Source: Nitrospiraceae bacterium (GTDB lineage Bacteria > Nitrospirota > Nitrospiria > Nitrospirales > Nitrospiraceae). Taken from it: a DNA stretch of 64,000 nt. The stretch is taken from the NCBI GenBank assembly GCA_050246315.1, contig JBFWWG010000001.1:352001-416000 (forward strand), in the 5' to 3' direction. Made by a program: the position numbers and the translations under genes. This document shows, piece after piece, positions 9,822 through 18,724 of the stretch (position 1 is its first letter; every line of letters starts with the position of its first letter). The notes under the pieces were generated by a model. That model was not told the origin of the DNA and searched no databases. It saw nothing but the letters and a program-made list of their open reading frames with translations.

Positions 9822-12610
9822 CACGTATTCTCCCGTGAGGCGGGTGACGTGCGCCGGGCCAGCCCAAGAGCGGTCAACGTCAGCAGCGTCGTCCCGAGCA
9901 CCGCCAGGAACACGCCCAGGTCGAAGGCCAGAGCGGTGGCGAGAGGCACGTCCCCAATGAGCGGCACCTGCCAGTGGTGGGTCGCGCTCGTAAGAAAGGG
10001 CGCACCGACGATCACGCTCGCGAGCCCCGTCAGTCCGGCCAAGAGGACGCCGGCCCCGATCAGGGCCGCGAAGTCGATCCGCAGGCGGGCAAGCATTGGA
10101 GAGAGACCCTCCCCCATGCACTGCATGACGATCGCGAGCGCGGCGATGAGCCCCGCGAGGAATCCGCCTCCCGGCAGATTGTGGCCGCGCAGGAACAGAT
10201 AGACGGCCACCAACAGTGCGAACGGGAGCAGTACTCGTGCCGCCGCCGCGAACATGATGCCGTTCGTCTGCGGCTTGGAAGCGAGCGACGGCTTTTCGGC
10301 ACGCAACCCGGCCATGAGCATCCATACTCCGATTGCAGCCATCCCCAGCACGCTGATTTCACCGAAGGTATCGAAGCCTCGGAAGTCGACGAGCAGCACG
10401 TTCACGACGTTGTTGCCGCCGCCTCGTGGCACGCTGTTCTCCAGAAAGTACCAGGCGATCGATTCCTGCCCGCGCCCCAGCACCGCCCATGACAAGCTCG
10501 CCACGAGGGCGCCCGCGCCCACCGCCAAGGCGGCGTCGCGCATTTTCCGCCAGGCTGTCGATTCCGGCGGGGTGGACTGCGGCAGGAGCGCGAGCGCCAT
10601 GAGCAGCACCAGGGTGGTGACGACCTCGACGGCGAGCTGCGTCAATGAGAGGTCGGGAGCGGAGAAATAGGCGAAAGCGATCGACGCGGCAAGCCCGACG
10701 ACACCGGTCAGTATGACCGCGATGACTCTCGTGCGATGTGACCATACGGCGCCGAGAGCGCCGGCCATCGCCGCTCCCCAGACCGCGGCGCCGAGCGGCG
10801 CCGGCGCCACCAGCGCACTGTTTCCCGCCTCAAACCCCTGTTCGACGAACGGCCACACGCCAAGTCCGATGAACGTGGCGACGACCAGCGCGAGATAGCG
10901 CTGAAGCGAGCCATTCTGCAACCGGTTGGTGAAGCGGCCCGCGAGGGCCACGAACCCGTCATAGGCCTGTTGAAACAGCAGTCGGCCCGTATAGCGAACC
11001 GGCACGTGCAGGTGCAGCTCGTAACGATGCCGCAGCAGCCAATAGATCAGCCCGCCGCCGACAAGCGCGACCGCGCTCAGAATCAACGGCGGCGTGAAGC
11101 CGTGCCAGAGCGTGATGTGATAGGCGGGCAGCGCGTCGCCGACCACCGCTCGCGAGGCCACGTCCACCAGCGGGGCGACGGTATAGTTCGGCAAGACGCC
11201 GACCGCCAGGCACACGACCGCCAGGATTTCAGCCGGCACCCTCATATAACGGGGCGGCTTGTGCGGCCGGTGCGGAAGGTCATGCGGCTCGTCGAAGAAC
11301 ACATCGTGGATGAACCGCACGGAGTAGGCGACGCTGAACATCGAGCCGAGCGTGACGGCGGCCGGCGCGATGCCTTCCAACAGAGGCAGGTCGTGGAGAT
11401 CGAGCGCTTCGGCGAAGAACATCTCTTTGGAGAGAAACCCGTTGAAGAGCGGCACGCCGGCCATCGCCGACGCGGCCACGATGGCCAGCGTCGCGGTGTG
11501 CGGCATGTTGCGCCAGAGCCCGCCCAATCGCCGCATGTCGCGAGTCCCGCATTCGTGATCGATGATACCGGCCGCCATGAAGAGCGATGCTTTGAAGGTC
11601 GCATGGTTGCCGGTGTGAAACACGGCGGCCAGCGAGGACATCGGCGTATCCAGGCCGATCAGGAACATGATGAGGCCAAGATGGCTGATGGTCGAATAGG
11701 CGAGCAGGCCCTTCAGGTCGTGCCGGAACATCGCCACATAGGCGCCGAATACCATCGTGACCAGGCCGACGGTGGTCGTTACGTATTCGAACACGAGGTT
11801 TCCGCCCAGCAGCGGATAGAGCCTCCCGAGCAGGAAGACGCCGGCTTTGACCATCGTGGCGGAGTGCAGATACGCCGACACGGGCGTGGGCGCGGCCATC
11901 GCCGCGGGCAGCCAGAAGTGAAACGGAAACTGCGCCGATTTGGTAAATACGCCCACCAGGATCAGCGCAAGCGCGATGTTGAAACGAGGATGATCCCGGA
12001 TCATCTCGCGGGCCGCGAACCAGTCAGAGAGCTCGAAGCTCCCGGCGATGTGGCCGATAAGCAGCAGTCCGCCGAGCAAGGCAAGCCCCCCGCCCCCCGT
12101 GATGGCGAAGGCCATGCGCGCACCCTGTCTGGCGAGGGGGCTGTGGGTCCAGAAGCCGATCAACAGAAAGGAGGAGAGGCTCGTCAGCTCCCAGAACATC
12201 ACGAGCATCAGCGCGTTCTCGGAGAGGATGATGCCCAACATCGCGGTCATGAACAGCATCAGCAGTGCATACAACCGGCCGATTCGATCCTGCGGAGACA
12301 GGTAATAGCGCGCATAGAGAATGATCAGCAGCCCGATGCCGAGAATGAGCAGCGCGAAGAGGAGGCCCAGCCCGTCGAGTCTGAGCGAGAGATTCAGACC
12401 CAGTTGCGGCAGCCATGCCCAACTCACGAGCACCCGTTCGCCCGTCAGGACGCCGGGCGCTTCACCGGCCAGCAGGGCGAAGCTGGCGGCAGTCGGCACG
12501 GCGGCGGCCCAGGCGGCGGCAGAGAAGCCCCAACGTTGCGCAAGGACTGTGCCGGCGGCGCCGGCCAGGAACGGCAAGAGTATGATGATCAGCAGGGTCA
12601 TGTCGCTCAT
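9821..12610 (-). CDS. mrpA: Mrp/Pha antiporter fused subunit A/B (group 2 Mrp)
   Basis: KSAQFPFHFWLPAAMAAPTPVSAYLHSATMVKAG, DFRGFDTFGE, plus MrpB motif LRGHNLPGGGF. Confidence 0.93.
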   Translation of the reverse strand: MSDMTLLIIILLPFLAGAAGTVLAQRWGFSAAAWAAAVPTAASFALLAGEAPGVLTGERVLVSWAWLPQLGLNLSLRLDGLGLLFALLILGIGLLIILYARYYLSPQDRIGRLYALLMLFMTAMLGIILSENALMLVMFWELTSLSSFLLIGFWTHSPLARQGARMAFAITGGGGLALLGGLLLIGHIAGSFELSDWFAAREMIRDHPRFNIALALILVGVFTKSAQFPFHFWLPAAMAAPTPVSAYLHSATMVKAGVFLLGRLYPLLGGNLVFEYVTTTVGLVTMVFGAYVAMFRHDLKGLLAYSTISHLGLIMFLIGLDTPMSSLAAVFHTGNHATFKASLFMAAGIIDHECGTRDMRRLGGLWRNMPHTATLAIVAASAMAGVPLFNGFLSKEMFFAEALDLHDLPLLEGIAPAAVTLGSMFSVAYSVRFIHDVFFDEPHDLPHRPHKPPRYMRVPAEILAVVCLAVGVLPNYTVAPLVDVASRAVVGDALPAYHITLWHGFTPPLILSAVALVGGGLIYWLLRHRYELHLHVPVRYTGRLLFQQAYDGFVALAGRFTNRLQNGSLQRYLALVVATFIGLGVWPFVEQGFEAGNSALVAPAPLGAAVWGAAMAGALGAVWSHRTRVIAVILTGVVGLAASIAFAYFSAPDLSLTQLAVEVVTTLVLLMALALLPQSTPPESTAWRKMRDAALAVGAGALVASLSWAVLGRGQESIAWYFLENSVPRGGGNNVVNVLLVDFRGFDTFGEISVLGMAAIGVWMLMAGLRAEKPSLASKPQTNGIMFAAAARVLLPFALLVAVYLFLRGHNLPGGGFLAGLIAALAIVMQCMGEGLSPMLARLRIDFAALIGAGVLLAGLTGLASVIVGAPFLTSATHHWQVPLIGDVPLATALAFDLGVFLAVLGTTLLTLTALGLARRTSPASRENT

Positions 12611-12897
12611 GCTCTGCAAGAACAATGGTCCAATGCGCCGGCTCAGAGCCGCTGCCGGCGCGAGTGTCTCTCACGATGAACGGGAAACTGCTTAAGCCGG
12701 ATGGAGAAGTCCGTACTTTAAACTATTCGGCGCGGCGTTTGAAAGCCCAGGAGGCCGATCGGCGTCTGAACGAAGCCGGCGACTTGTTCAACCCTTTGCG
12801 CACCGACAGGCCGGTTCCGACGCCGGTTGATACGCATGCCGGCCGCATGATATAGACTGAATTCGTCATCGAGCCGAACACGACTGACGATCGAACC

Positions 12898-12966
12898 ATG
12901 ACTCTCATTCTGCAGAGCATCGGCATGGGCAGGGCGGCGGCAATTAGGACCGCCAGCTCCGCCTGA
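12898..12966 (+). CDS. Putative attenuator leader peptide MTLILQSIGMGRAAAIRTASSA
   Basis: 22-codon ORF with 3 Ile, 2 Thr and 2 Leu directly before a terminator and the threonine dehydratase gene. Confidence 0.55.
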   Translation: MTLILQSIGMGRAAAIRTASSA

Positions 12967-13008
12967 GCCTGCCTGCGTTCGAGAGCTTCCTCTACGCAAG
13001 CAAGAAGG

Positions 13009-13047
13009 CCCCTGGCGGAATCGACTCTGCCAGGGGTTTTTCATTTT
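13009..13047 (+). terminator. Intrinsic terminator (attenuator) in the threonine dehydratase leader
   Basis: Stem CCCCTGGCGGA / TCTGCCAGGGG followed by TTTTTCATTTT, about 55 nt upstream of the ATG. Confidence 0.75.
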
Positions 13048-13102
13048 CAAGGAGGCGAGGAGATGCATCGCAGGACCGGGACGGAGACAGAGAGGGAAGT
13101 CC

Positions 13103-14311
13103 ATGGTGAATCTTGAACGCATCGAAGCGGCAGCCGCCCGGATCAAGCCGGCGATCTATGAATCCCCCCTGGTGCACTCGAAGACGCTTTCCCGCCTGAC
13201 CGGGAATGCGATCTACCTCAAGCTCGAAAACCTGCAGATGACGGGCTCGTTCAAGGAGCGCGGCGCGTTGAATCGCATCCTGACGATGACCGATGACGAA
13301 CGGCGGCGGGGAGTGATTGCGGCCTCGGCGGGCAATCATGGGCAAGGAATCGCGTATCACGCCGCCCGACGCGGTATTCAGGCTCAAATCTGGATGCCTC
13401 GCTCGACGCCGCTCATCAAGCTTTCCGCCACACGCGCCTACGGCGCGGACGTCGTCCTACACGGCGACAGCTACGACGAGGCCTGTGAGGCGGCCGTCGA
13501 GCGGAGCCTGCAGAGGAACGCGACGTTTGTCCATGCCTTCGATGACGACGAAGTGATCGCCGGGCAAGGGACCCTCGGCTTGGAAATCCTGGAGCAGAAT
13601 CCAACATTGGACGTGATGGTCGTGCCCGTCGGCGGGGGCGGGCTGATCGGGGGTGTCGCGTGCGCGGTAAAGGGGCGGAATCCGAAGGTCGAGGTCGTGG
13701 GAGTTCAAACGTCGCGATTGCCGTCGATGAAGGCCGCGCTGGAGCGCGCGGAACCGGTGAATCTGCCTGCGGAATCGACATTGGCGGACGGGATCGCCGT
13801 TCGAAAGGCGGGAACTCGCACCCTACCGTTGGTCCGGGAGTACGTCGATCAGATCGTGACGGTCGATGAGGATGAAATCGCGGCGGCGATCCTGATGTTG
13901 TTGGAGCGCGAGAAGACCTTGGCGGAAGGGGCCGGCGCCATCGCGCTCGCGGCTGTCCTGCAGGGGAGAATGGGTCATCGCGGCAAGAACATCGCGGTGC
14001 TCGTGTCCGGAGGCAACCTCGACGTGAACCTGCTGGCGCGAATCATCGAGCAAGGCATGGTCCGGGATGGGAGACGGTTGCGCCTGCGAGTGCGCCTTCC
14101 GGATTATCCAGGCGCGCTGGAAGGGCTGGCAGCGGTGATTGCAAAGGCAGGCGCCAACATCGTCGAGACCTCGTACAATCGCGCGCATTACGGCGTGAGT
14201 CTGAGCGAAGCGGCGATCGACATCACCATGGAAACCCGAGGGCGCGACCATGCCTCGGAACTGCTGGCGGCGCTCACGGGCTCGCGCTATGCATTCAGCC
14301 TCGTCGAATAG
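13103..14311 (+). CDS. ilvA: Threonine ammonia-lyase (dehydratase) with C-terminal ACT domain
   Basis: KLENLQMTGSFKERG (PLP lysine), SAGNHGQG, PVGGGGL, SGGN; ACT-like LPDYPGAL. Confidence 0.9.
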   Translation: MVNLERIEAAAARIKPAIYESPLVHSKTLSRLTGNAIYLKLENLQMTGSFKERGALNRILTMTDDERRRGVIAASAGNHGQGIAYHAARRGIQAQIWMPRSTPLIKLSATRAYGADVVLHGDSYDEACEAAVERSLQRNATFVHAFDDDEVIAGQGTLGLEILEQNPTLDVMVVPVGGGGLIGGVACAVKGRNPKVEVVGVQTSRLPSMKAALERAEPVNLPAESTLADGIAVRKAGTRTLPLVREYVDQIVTVDEDEIAAAILMLLEREKTLAEGAGAIALAAVLQGRMGHRGKNIAVLVSGGNLDVNLLARIIEQGMVRDGRRLRLRVRLPDYPGALEGLAAVIAKAGANIVETSYNRAHYGVSLSEAAIDITMETRGRDHASELLAALTGSRYAFSLVE

Positions 14312-14322
14312 GGGCCGGCGAG

Positions 14323-14976
14323 ATGGCTGTGGATCTTTTCGAAGGGCTCGGCGATGCGCCGCCGCAGAAGGAAGCGCTGCGGGCCGGCGCAATCGTCCTG
14401 CGCCGATTCGCGATACCGGACGACCAGGCCCTCTTGTCGGCGATTGAGGCTGTCGTGGCCAAGGCGCCATTCCGCCACATGATCACACCAGGCGGCTTTC
14501 GTATGTCCGTGGCGATAACCAACTGCGGGACACTCGGCTGGGTCACGGACGAAACCGGCTATCGCTACGAGGCCATACATCCCGAGAGCGGCCTCCCCTG
14601 GCCGCCGATGCCGGAGCGCTTTTTACAGCTTGCGACAGCCGCGGCTGCGGAGGCGGGTTATGCGAATTTCGTCCCTGACGCCTGCCTGATCAATCGCTAT
14701 GCGCCGGGAGCCAAGCTGTCGTTGCATCAAGACCGGAACGAGCGCGATTTGGACCAGCCGATCGTATCCGTGTCGCTTGGTCTTCCAGCGGTGTTTTTGT
14801 TCGGCGGGAGGAGGCGAGCGGACGCACCGCTTCGCGTGCGGCTGACCCACGGCGACGTGGTCGTGTGGGGCGGACCGGCCAGGCTCAGTTACCACGGTGT
14901 GCTGCCGCTCACGGAAGGCCATCACCCCTTGGTCGGCAGCCGTCGGATCAACTTGACCTTCCGCAAGGCCGGGTAA
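14323..14976 (+). CDS. alkB: Alpha-ketoglutarate-dependent DNA repair dioxygenase AlkB
   Basis: TPGGFRMSV..GW..GYRY, ACLINRY..LSLHQD, YHGV, RINLTFR. Confidence 0.95.
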   Translation: MAVDLFEGLGDAPPQKEALRAGAIVLRRFAIPDDQALLSAIEAVVAKAPFRHMITPGGFRMSVAITNCGTLGWVTDETGYRYEAIHPESGLPWPPMPERFLQLATAAAAEAGYANFVPDACLINRYAPGAKLSLHQDRNERDLDQPIVSVSLGLPAVFLFGGRRRADAPLRVRLTHGDVVVWGGPARLSYHGVLPLTEGHHPLVGSRRINLTFRKAG

Positions 14977-15146
14977 CCCGCCCCATTCAAGAGAGTCGGC
15001 GACGAACCTGCTGCGACGCCTCGCGTTGGACCCATTGCACGTTCGACCCCTTGCACGAAGCAACCCGCAACGGGTCCGCTGCGGCGTATCGGCCTGCCTG
15101 TCGGCAGACAGGCGGTTGTACGCGCTGATGAATGGAGTCATGCGGG
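14977..15146. mobile_element. MITE-like element, copy C (short, degenerate)
   Basis: CCCGC..GCGGG ends between the alkB TAA and a CTAG; shares GGACCCATTGCA..GCAACCCGCAACGGGTCC and GCGGCGTATCGG..GGCGGTTG with other copies. Confidence 0.6.
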
Positions 15147-15635
15147 CTAGGGAGCAGCGGCAGGCGACGAAACGCGAGTGAGACTGGCATCTCCGGTTTT
15201 CGTGTTCTCGATGAGGAACTGAGTCGCGTCACCGCCCAGGGTCGTGATCTCACCGTTCCCACGCGCTGAATAGGTAAGGACACCGCCCGATATCTTGACC
15301 GAGTCAGGAAGGTTTCGCGTGGGAACGGCGCCGGTTGGGAGGTACCCGGGAGACACATCGAATTGGAATTCCATCCCGGTGCTGTTGCTGACTTTCCCGG
15401 AGATCAATGTGAAGGAGTCCGTTCCGGCAGCGCCCGAGTCCGCCATGAAATCGGTGATGTCAAATGTTCCTGAACCCGGTGCCTGTTCGGCACCAACGGT
15501 AAAGGACCCTGAGACCGTATAGCGGCCGGCCGTGCCGGAGAAGCTGTACTGCTCCCCGGCGATAAAGATCGCATAGGCAGTCTGCGCAGCGACCACCACG
15601 AGTATCACGATTATGGCTTGGACGATTCGATTCAT
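15147..15635 (-). CDS. Secreted hypothetical protein (beta-rich, Gly/Ser/Thr-rich)
   Basis: Signal peptide MNRIVQAIIVILVVVAAQTAYA; GGAGG upstream. Confidence 0.65.
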   Translation of the reverse strand: MNRIVQAIIVILVVVAAQTAYAIFIAGEQYSFSGTAGRYTVSGSFTVGAEQAPGSGTFDITDFMADSGAAGTDSFTLISGKVSNSTGMEFQFDVSPGYLPTGAVPTRNLPDSVKISGGVLTYSARGNGEITTLGGDATQFLIENTKTGDASLTRVSSPAAAP

Positions 15636-15687
15636 AGAGGACCTCCATACTACTTCTCGGGTCTGTCAGATTGGCGTCTGTATATTG

Positions 15688-15709
15688 GGGTCTGGCATGA
15701 GTATTGACT
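15688..15709. repeat. 22-bp sequence repeated at 30043-30064
   Basis: GGGTCTGGCATGAGTATTGACT identical at both positions. Confidence 0.7.
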
Positions 15710-15765
15710 AAAATGGGTCTGCCCCCTTAACTCCTCTTCCGTCCCACTCGCCCATGGCTTTGGTC

Positions 15766-15844
15766 GGCTCACGACTCAGTTCACCGGGTCGGAACGGCAA
15801 CCGCGGAGGCGCCATTGCGGCTCCGGTGCAACTGATGGTTAGCT
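15766..15844 (-). other. attC-like integron cassette recombination site
   Basis: Minus strand AGCTAAC-CATCAGTTGCACCGG...CCGGTGAACTGAGTC-GTGAGCC: R'' overlaps the gene stop, L boxes pair with one extrahelical base, R' is degenerate. Confidence 0.65.
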
Positions 15845-16521
15845 GCCCGGAGCAAGCGCAGGATGCGCAGAACCTCTAAAGTCGGTTGGCTCGGCCTCGC
15901 CTCTCTTCCGCGCCCTCTCTCGAGCAATCTCATGATTCATGTCTGCCGGAATGAAGGTGACCGCCTTTCCGGCTTGACGTGCTGCGAGCATCTCCTCTCT
16001 GGTGACATCGCCTCCGCCAATGACAACGAATGACGTGCCGGTTTCAACCATCGCCGCAGAGGCGGGCGAGAGATGATTGCTTCCAGGAAGCCTCCCTCCC
16101 CAGGTACTGTCCTTGACAAAAAAACGTAGTCAACGCACTTTGAGAGTGCAACGCGCTCGTCGCGGGCGAGGGTGGAAACAATGCCCATTGTTGTGAAGCC
16201 CTTTCGCTTCGCGATCTCGTAAACTGCACCGATGCCCTCTGCGGTCGCACCGATATTAATCAGTGCTCTTGCGGGGTCTTGCTTGTCGAGGACGCGTGAA
16301 GCGTGCTCCGTCAACACTTGTGGGTTCTCGTACTGTGCGCCAGAATAGCCAGCGAAGGTCAGCACCGTCATCTGTTTGGTGTGGATAAACGCCTTGATCG
16401 ACGCGAGTGTAGCTTCGCGTACTTCGCGCGGCCCATCGCAGGCGTTGGCCGCGCCCGAGGTCAGGGCCAAACAGCACGTGAGCAGCACTGCATGGTGGAC
16501 CATAGAAGCGTGGCTAAACAT
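15839..16521 (-). pseudogene. Cassette-borne exported SLOG/LOG-like protein, frameshifted at a T7 run
   Basis: Signal peptide; VLTFAGYSG..INIGATAEGIGAVYEIAK..TTMGI, continuing after one added T as VFFVKDSTWGG..FVVIGGGDVTREE. Confidence 0.65.
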
Positions 16522-16541
16522 AACGACATCCTCCTGGACAC

Positions 16542-16676
16542 CTAACGGAGCGGGGGGTGAGCCGCTGCGCCGGCACCTATCACACGCTGCACAATTCCCC
16601 ACTTGAGGCTGTTCTGCCGATCGTTCAGGTACGTGTCATGTGTCAGGCTCATGAACACACGTCGCTTTATAGCCAT
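16542..16676 (-). pseudogene. Truncated cassette gene (44 aa, MAIKRRVFMSLTHDTYLNDRQNSLKWGIVQRVI..)
   Basis: GAGG RBS and ATG between the GTTGGGC (16745) and GTTAGGT (16546) core sites; runs into an attC right-arm remnant. Confidence 0.45.
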
Positions 16677-16738
16677 GGTAAGGACCTCAGATCTGTGTAA
16701 GGGGTACAGCCCGCAAATCTGATGAAGTCTCTATCGCC

Positions 16739-16772
16739 GCCCAACTATCAAGTGAGCCGCAACGTGTCGTGC
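16739..16772 (-). other. attI-like site 1
   Basis: GTTGGGC core preceded by CACTTGATA, resembling GACTTAATA-GTTATGC at 27070-27085; TTGACA-17-GAAAAT promoter upstream (about 16830-16858). Confidence 0.45.
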
Positions 16773-16890
16773 CTTCTGGCGGCCTATCTCGTGTCGTTCC
16801 TCATCCTGAACCGCCCAAAATCTGCCGCATTTTCGGTGAAATCCATGAGGGTGTCAATTTGATCGGTTCCAGGTGACCCTGCCTGCCCGA

Positions 16891-16936
16891 CGGCCTATCG
16901 GCGGTTGCAGAAGAAGTCCCCGTGAATAATGCGCGG
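16891..16936. mobile_element. MITE-like element, copy D (right-end remnant)
   Basis: CGGCCTATCGGCGGTTGCAGAAGAAG..GTGAATAATGCGCGG followed by TTAG. Confidence 0.55.
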
Positions 16937-16956
16937 TTAGTGTAGCGTCGCAGAAG

Positions 16957-17036
16957 TCCGTTCGTGGTGAGCCTGTCGAACCATGAACGAAACTGCTTAA
17001 GCCCGGGCGCTCTTCGACCGGCTCAGGGCGAACGGA
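16957..17036. repeat. REP-like palindrome (TTCGACnGGCTCAGGGCGAACGG family)
   Basis: TCCGTTCG..TGAGCCTGTCGAA ... TTCGACCGGCTCA..CGAACGGA inverted arms; related pieces at about 12640-12698 and 21808-22005. Confidence 0.7.
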
Positions 17037-17064
17037 TTGTCATGAGAGCTGGAGGGACACGACA

Positions 17065-18192
17065 CTACGGCTTTCCGTAGCTGATTCGATAAATCACGCC
17101 GGCTAAGTCGTCGGAGACCAGCAGGGCTCCGTCCGGCATGACAAGGACATCGACGGGCCGGCCCCATGCCGTTTGTCCCTGAAGCCAACCCTCTGCAAAC
17201 ACCGAATAGGCAAGTTGTCCCTGCTCATCTCGCGACACCAGCGTGAGCCGGTAGCCGATTTTCTCGCTCCGATTCCAGGAGCCATGCTCGGCAATGAAAA
17301 TCTGGTTTCGGTATTCCGGGGGGAACATGGCGCCGGTATAAAACCGCATGCCCAGGGAAGCGACATGGGGACCGAGCGTGACGGCCGGCGGCGTGAATTC
17401 ACGGCAGGCGCGCTTGTGGCCGTACTCCGGATCAGAGATCGTGCCGCCATGGCAATAGGGATAGCCGAAGTGCAACCCCGGCTTCGGCGCATGATTGAGC
17501 TCATCCGGCGGCTGATTATCGCCGAGATGATCGCGACCGTTGTCCGTGAACCACAAGTCCTTGGTCTGCGGATCCCAATCGAATCCAACCGAGTTCCGCA
17601 CTCCTCGCGCGACAACCTCGTACCCGCTGCCATCCGGGTTCACGCGCGCGATCAAGGCATAGCGGTCCGGGTCAGGCTCGCAGATATTGCACGGCGCTCC
17701 GACCGGCACGTACAGCTTCCCGTCCGGACCGAAGGCGATGAACTTCCACCCATGGGATCTGTCCTTCGGAAAGCCATCCGTGACGACCACCGGAGGCGGC
17801 GGCTTCGTCAGCTGCTCTTCAATCTGATCGAATCGCAAGATACGATCCACGGCGGAGACGTACAAAGAACCGTTCCGGTAGGCGACCCCCACGGGCATGC
17901 GCAGGTCGCCCGCGATCGTCAGCACCGTCTCGGCACGCTGGTCTCCGTCTTTATCGACGACGGCATAGACCTCGCCCTTGTCTCTGGAGCCGACAAACAG
18001 GGTGCCGTTTCGCCCCAGCGCCATCCCACGCGCGTTCGGAACGTGGTCCGCGTAAACCGTGATGGCAAAACCAGGTGGGAGCTTGATCTTGTCCAACGGG
18101 AGCGCTCCCGCTTCGATCCGGTGAGTGGCGAAGATCAGAAACAGAGAGGAGCAACCCAGCAGCACAAGACGACTGATCGTGCGATGACTCAT
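17065..18192 (-). CDS. Periplasmic PQQ-dependent sugar/sorbosone dehydrogenase (beta-propeller)
   Basis: Signal peptide; HGWKFIAFGPDG..GAPCNIC, GVRNSVG, TDNGRD..PPDELN, AEHGSWNR, GRPVDV..LLVSDD. Confidence 0.9.
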   Translation of the reverse strand: MSHRTISRLVLLGCSSLFLIFATHRIEAGALPLDKIKLPPGFAITVYADHVPNARGMALGRNGTLFVGSRDKGEVYAVVDKDGDQRAETVLTIAGDLRMPVGVAYRNGSLYVSAVDRILRFDQIEEQLTKPPPPVVVTDGFPKDRSHGWKFIAFGPDGKLYVPVGAPCNICEPDPDRYALIARVNPDGSGYEVVARGVRNSVGFDWDPQTKDLWFTDNGRDHLGDNQPPDELNHAPKPGLHFGYPYCHGGTISDPEYGHKRACREFTPPAVTLGPHVASLGMRFYTGAMFPPEYRNQIFIAEHGSWNRSEKIGYRLTLVSRDEQGQLAYSVFAEGWLQGQTAWGRPVDVLVMPDGALLVSDDLAGVIYRISYGKP

Positions 18193-18208
18193 GGGATTCC
18201 TCCCCCGT

Positions 18209-18724
18209 TTACTTCTTCATGGACAGAGTGAACAACCACTGCCCGATGATTCCCATGATCGGAGGGAGGAACAGCGCCGGCACACATCGGGCAAGGGTCA
18301 AGCGCCAACCCAGCAGCGGCGCCTCGTAGGTGAACATTCGAATGGGGCCCACCAGGATCTTCGCCGTAATCAGAGCGATCACGACACCGGGGGCCGCTCC
18401 GGTCTTCAAGAGATTCGCGGCAACGGGAAAAAGGAGATAGGGCCCTCCTGGAATGATCAGGCCGGCCATCCAGCCGGCGAGGATACCTCTCATGGAAGAC
18501 TCGGTCCCCAGCCATGCGGCGATCTCGGCTGGAGAGATGAGCACATCGAGAAGCCCCGCGATCAGGAAGCCCAGCAGTAATTCCACCCAGACGTTCCCGA
18601 ACAGCCGGCCCGCCGCATAGAGCCCCTGCACCGGTAAAGCAGGGCTCTTCACGAAAGCGACGACACAGGCCAGAACAACCAGCGTGAGTAAGATAATCAG
18701 ACTCGCATCCATACGTCGGCTCAT
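18209..18724 (-). CDS. Permease (DUF318/ArsP-like membrane protein)
   Basis: Hydrophobic; IIPGGPYLLFPVAANLLKTGA; ATG overlaps the pqqE stop. Confidence 0.7.
   Translation of the reverse strand: MSRRMDASLIILLTLVVLACVVAFVKSPALPVQGLYAAGRLFGNVWVELLLGFLIAGLLDVLISPAEIAAWLGTESSMRGILAGWMAGLIIPGGPYLLFPVAANLLKTGAAPGVVIALITAKILVGPIRMFTYEAPLLGWRLTLARCVPALFLPPIMGIIGQWLFTLSMKK

Noticed and set aside
9469..10325. Long N-terminal extensions of mrpD and mrpC in the ORF track
   Set aside because: They overlap upstream genes; coupled starts at 9468 and 9821 fit better
10970..12679. Long antisense ORFs (also 49537-51177 and 57607-59307)
   Set aside because: Shadow frames of GC-rich genes with no recognisable motifs
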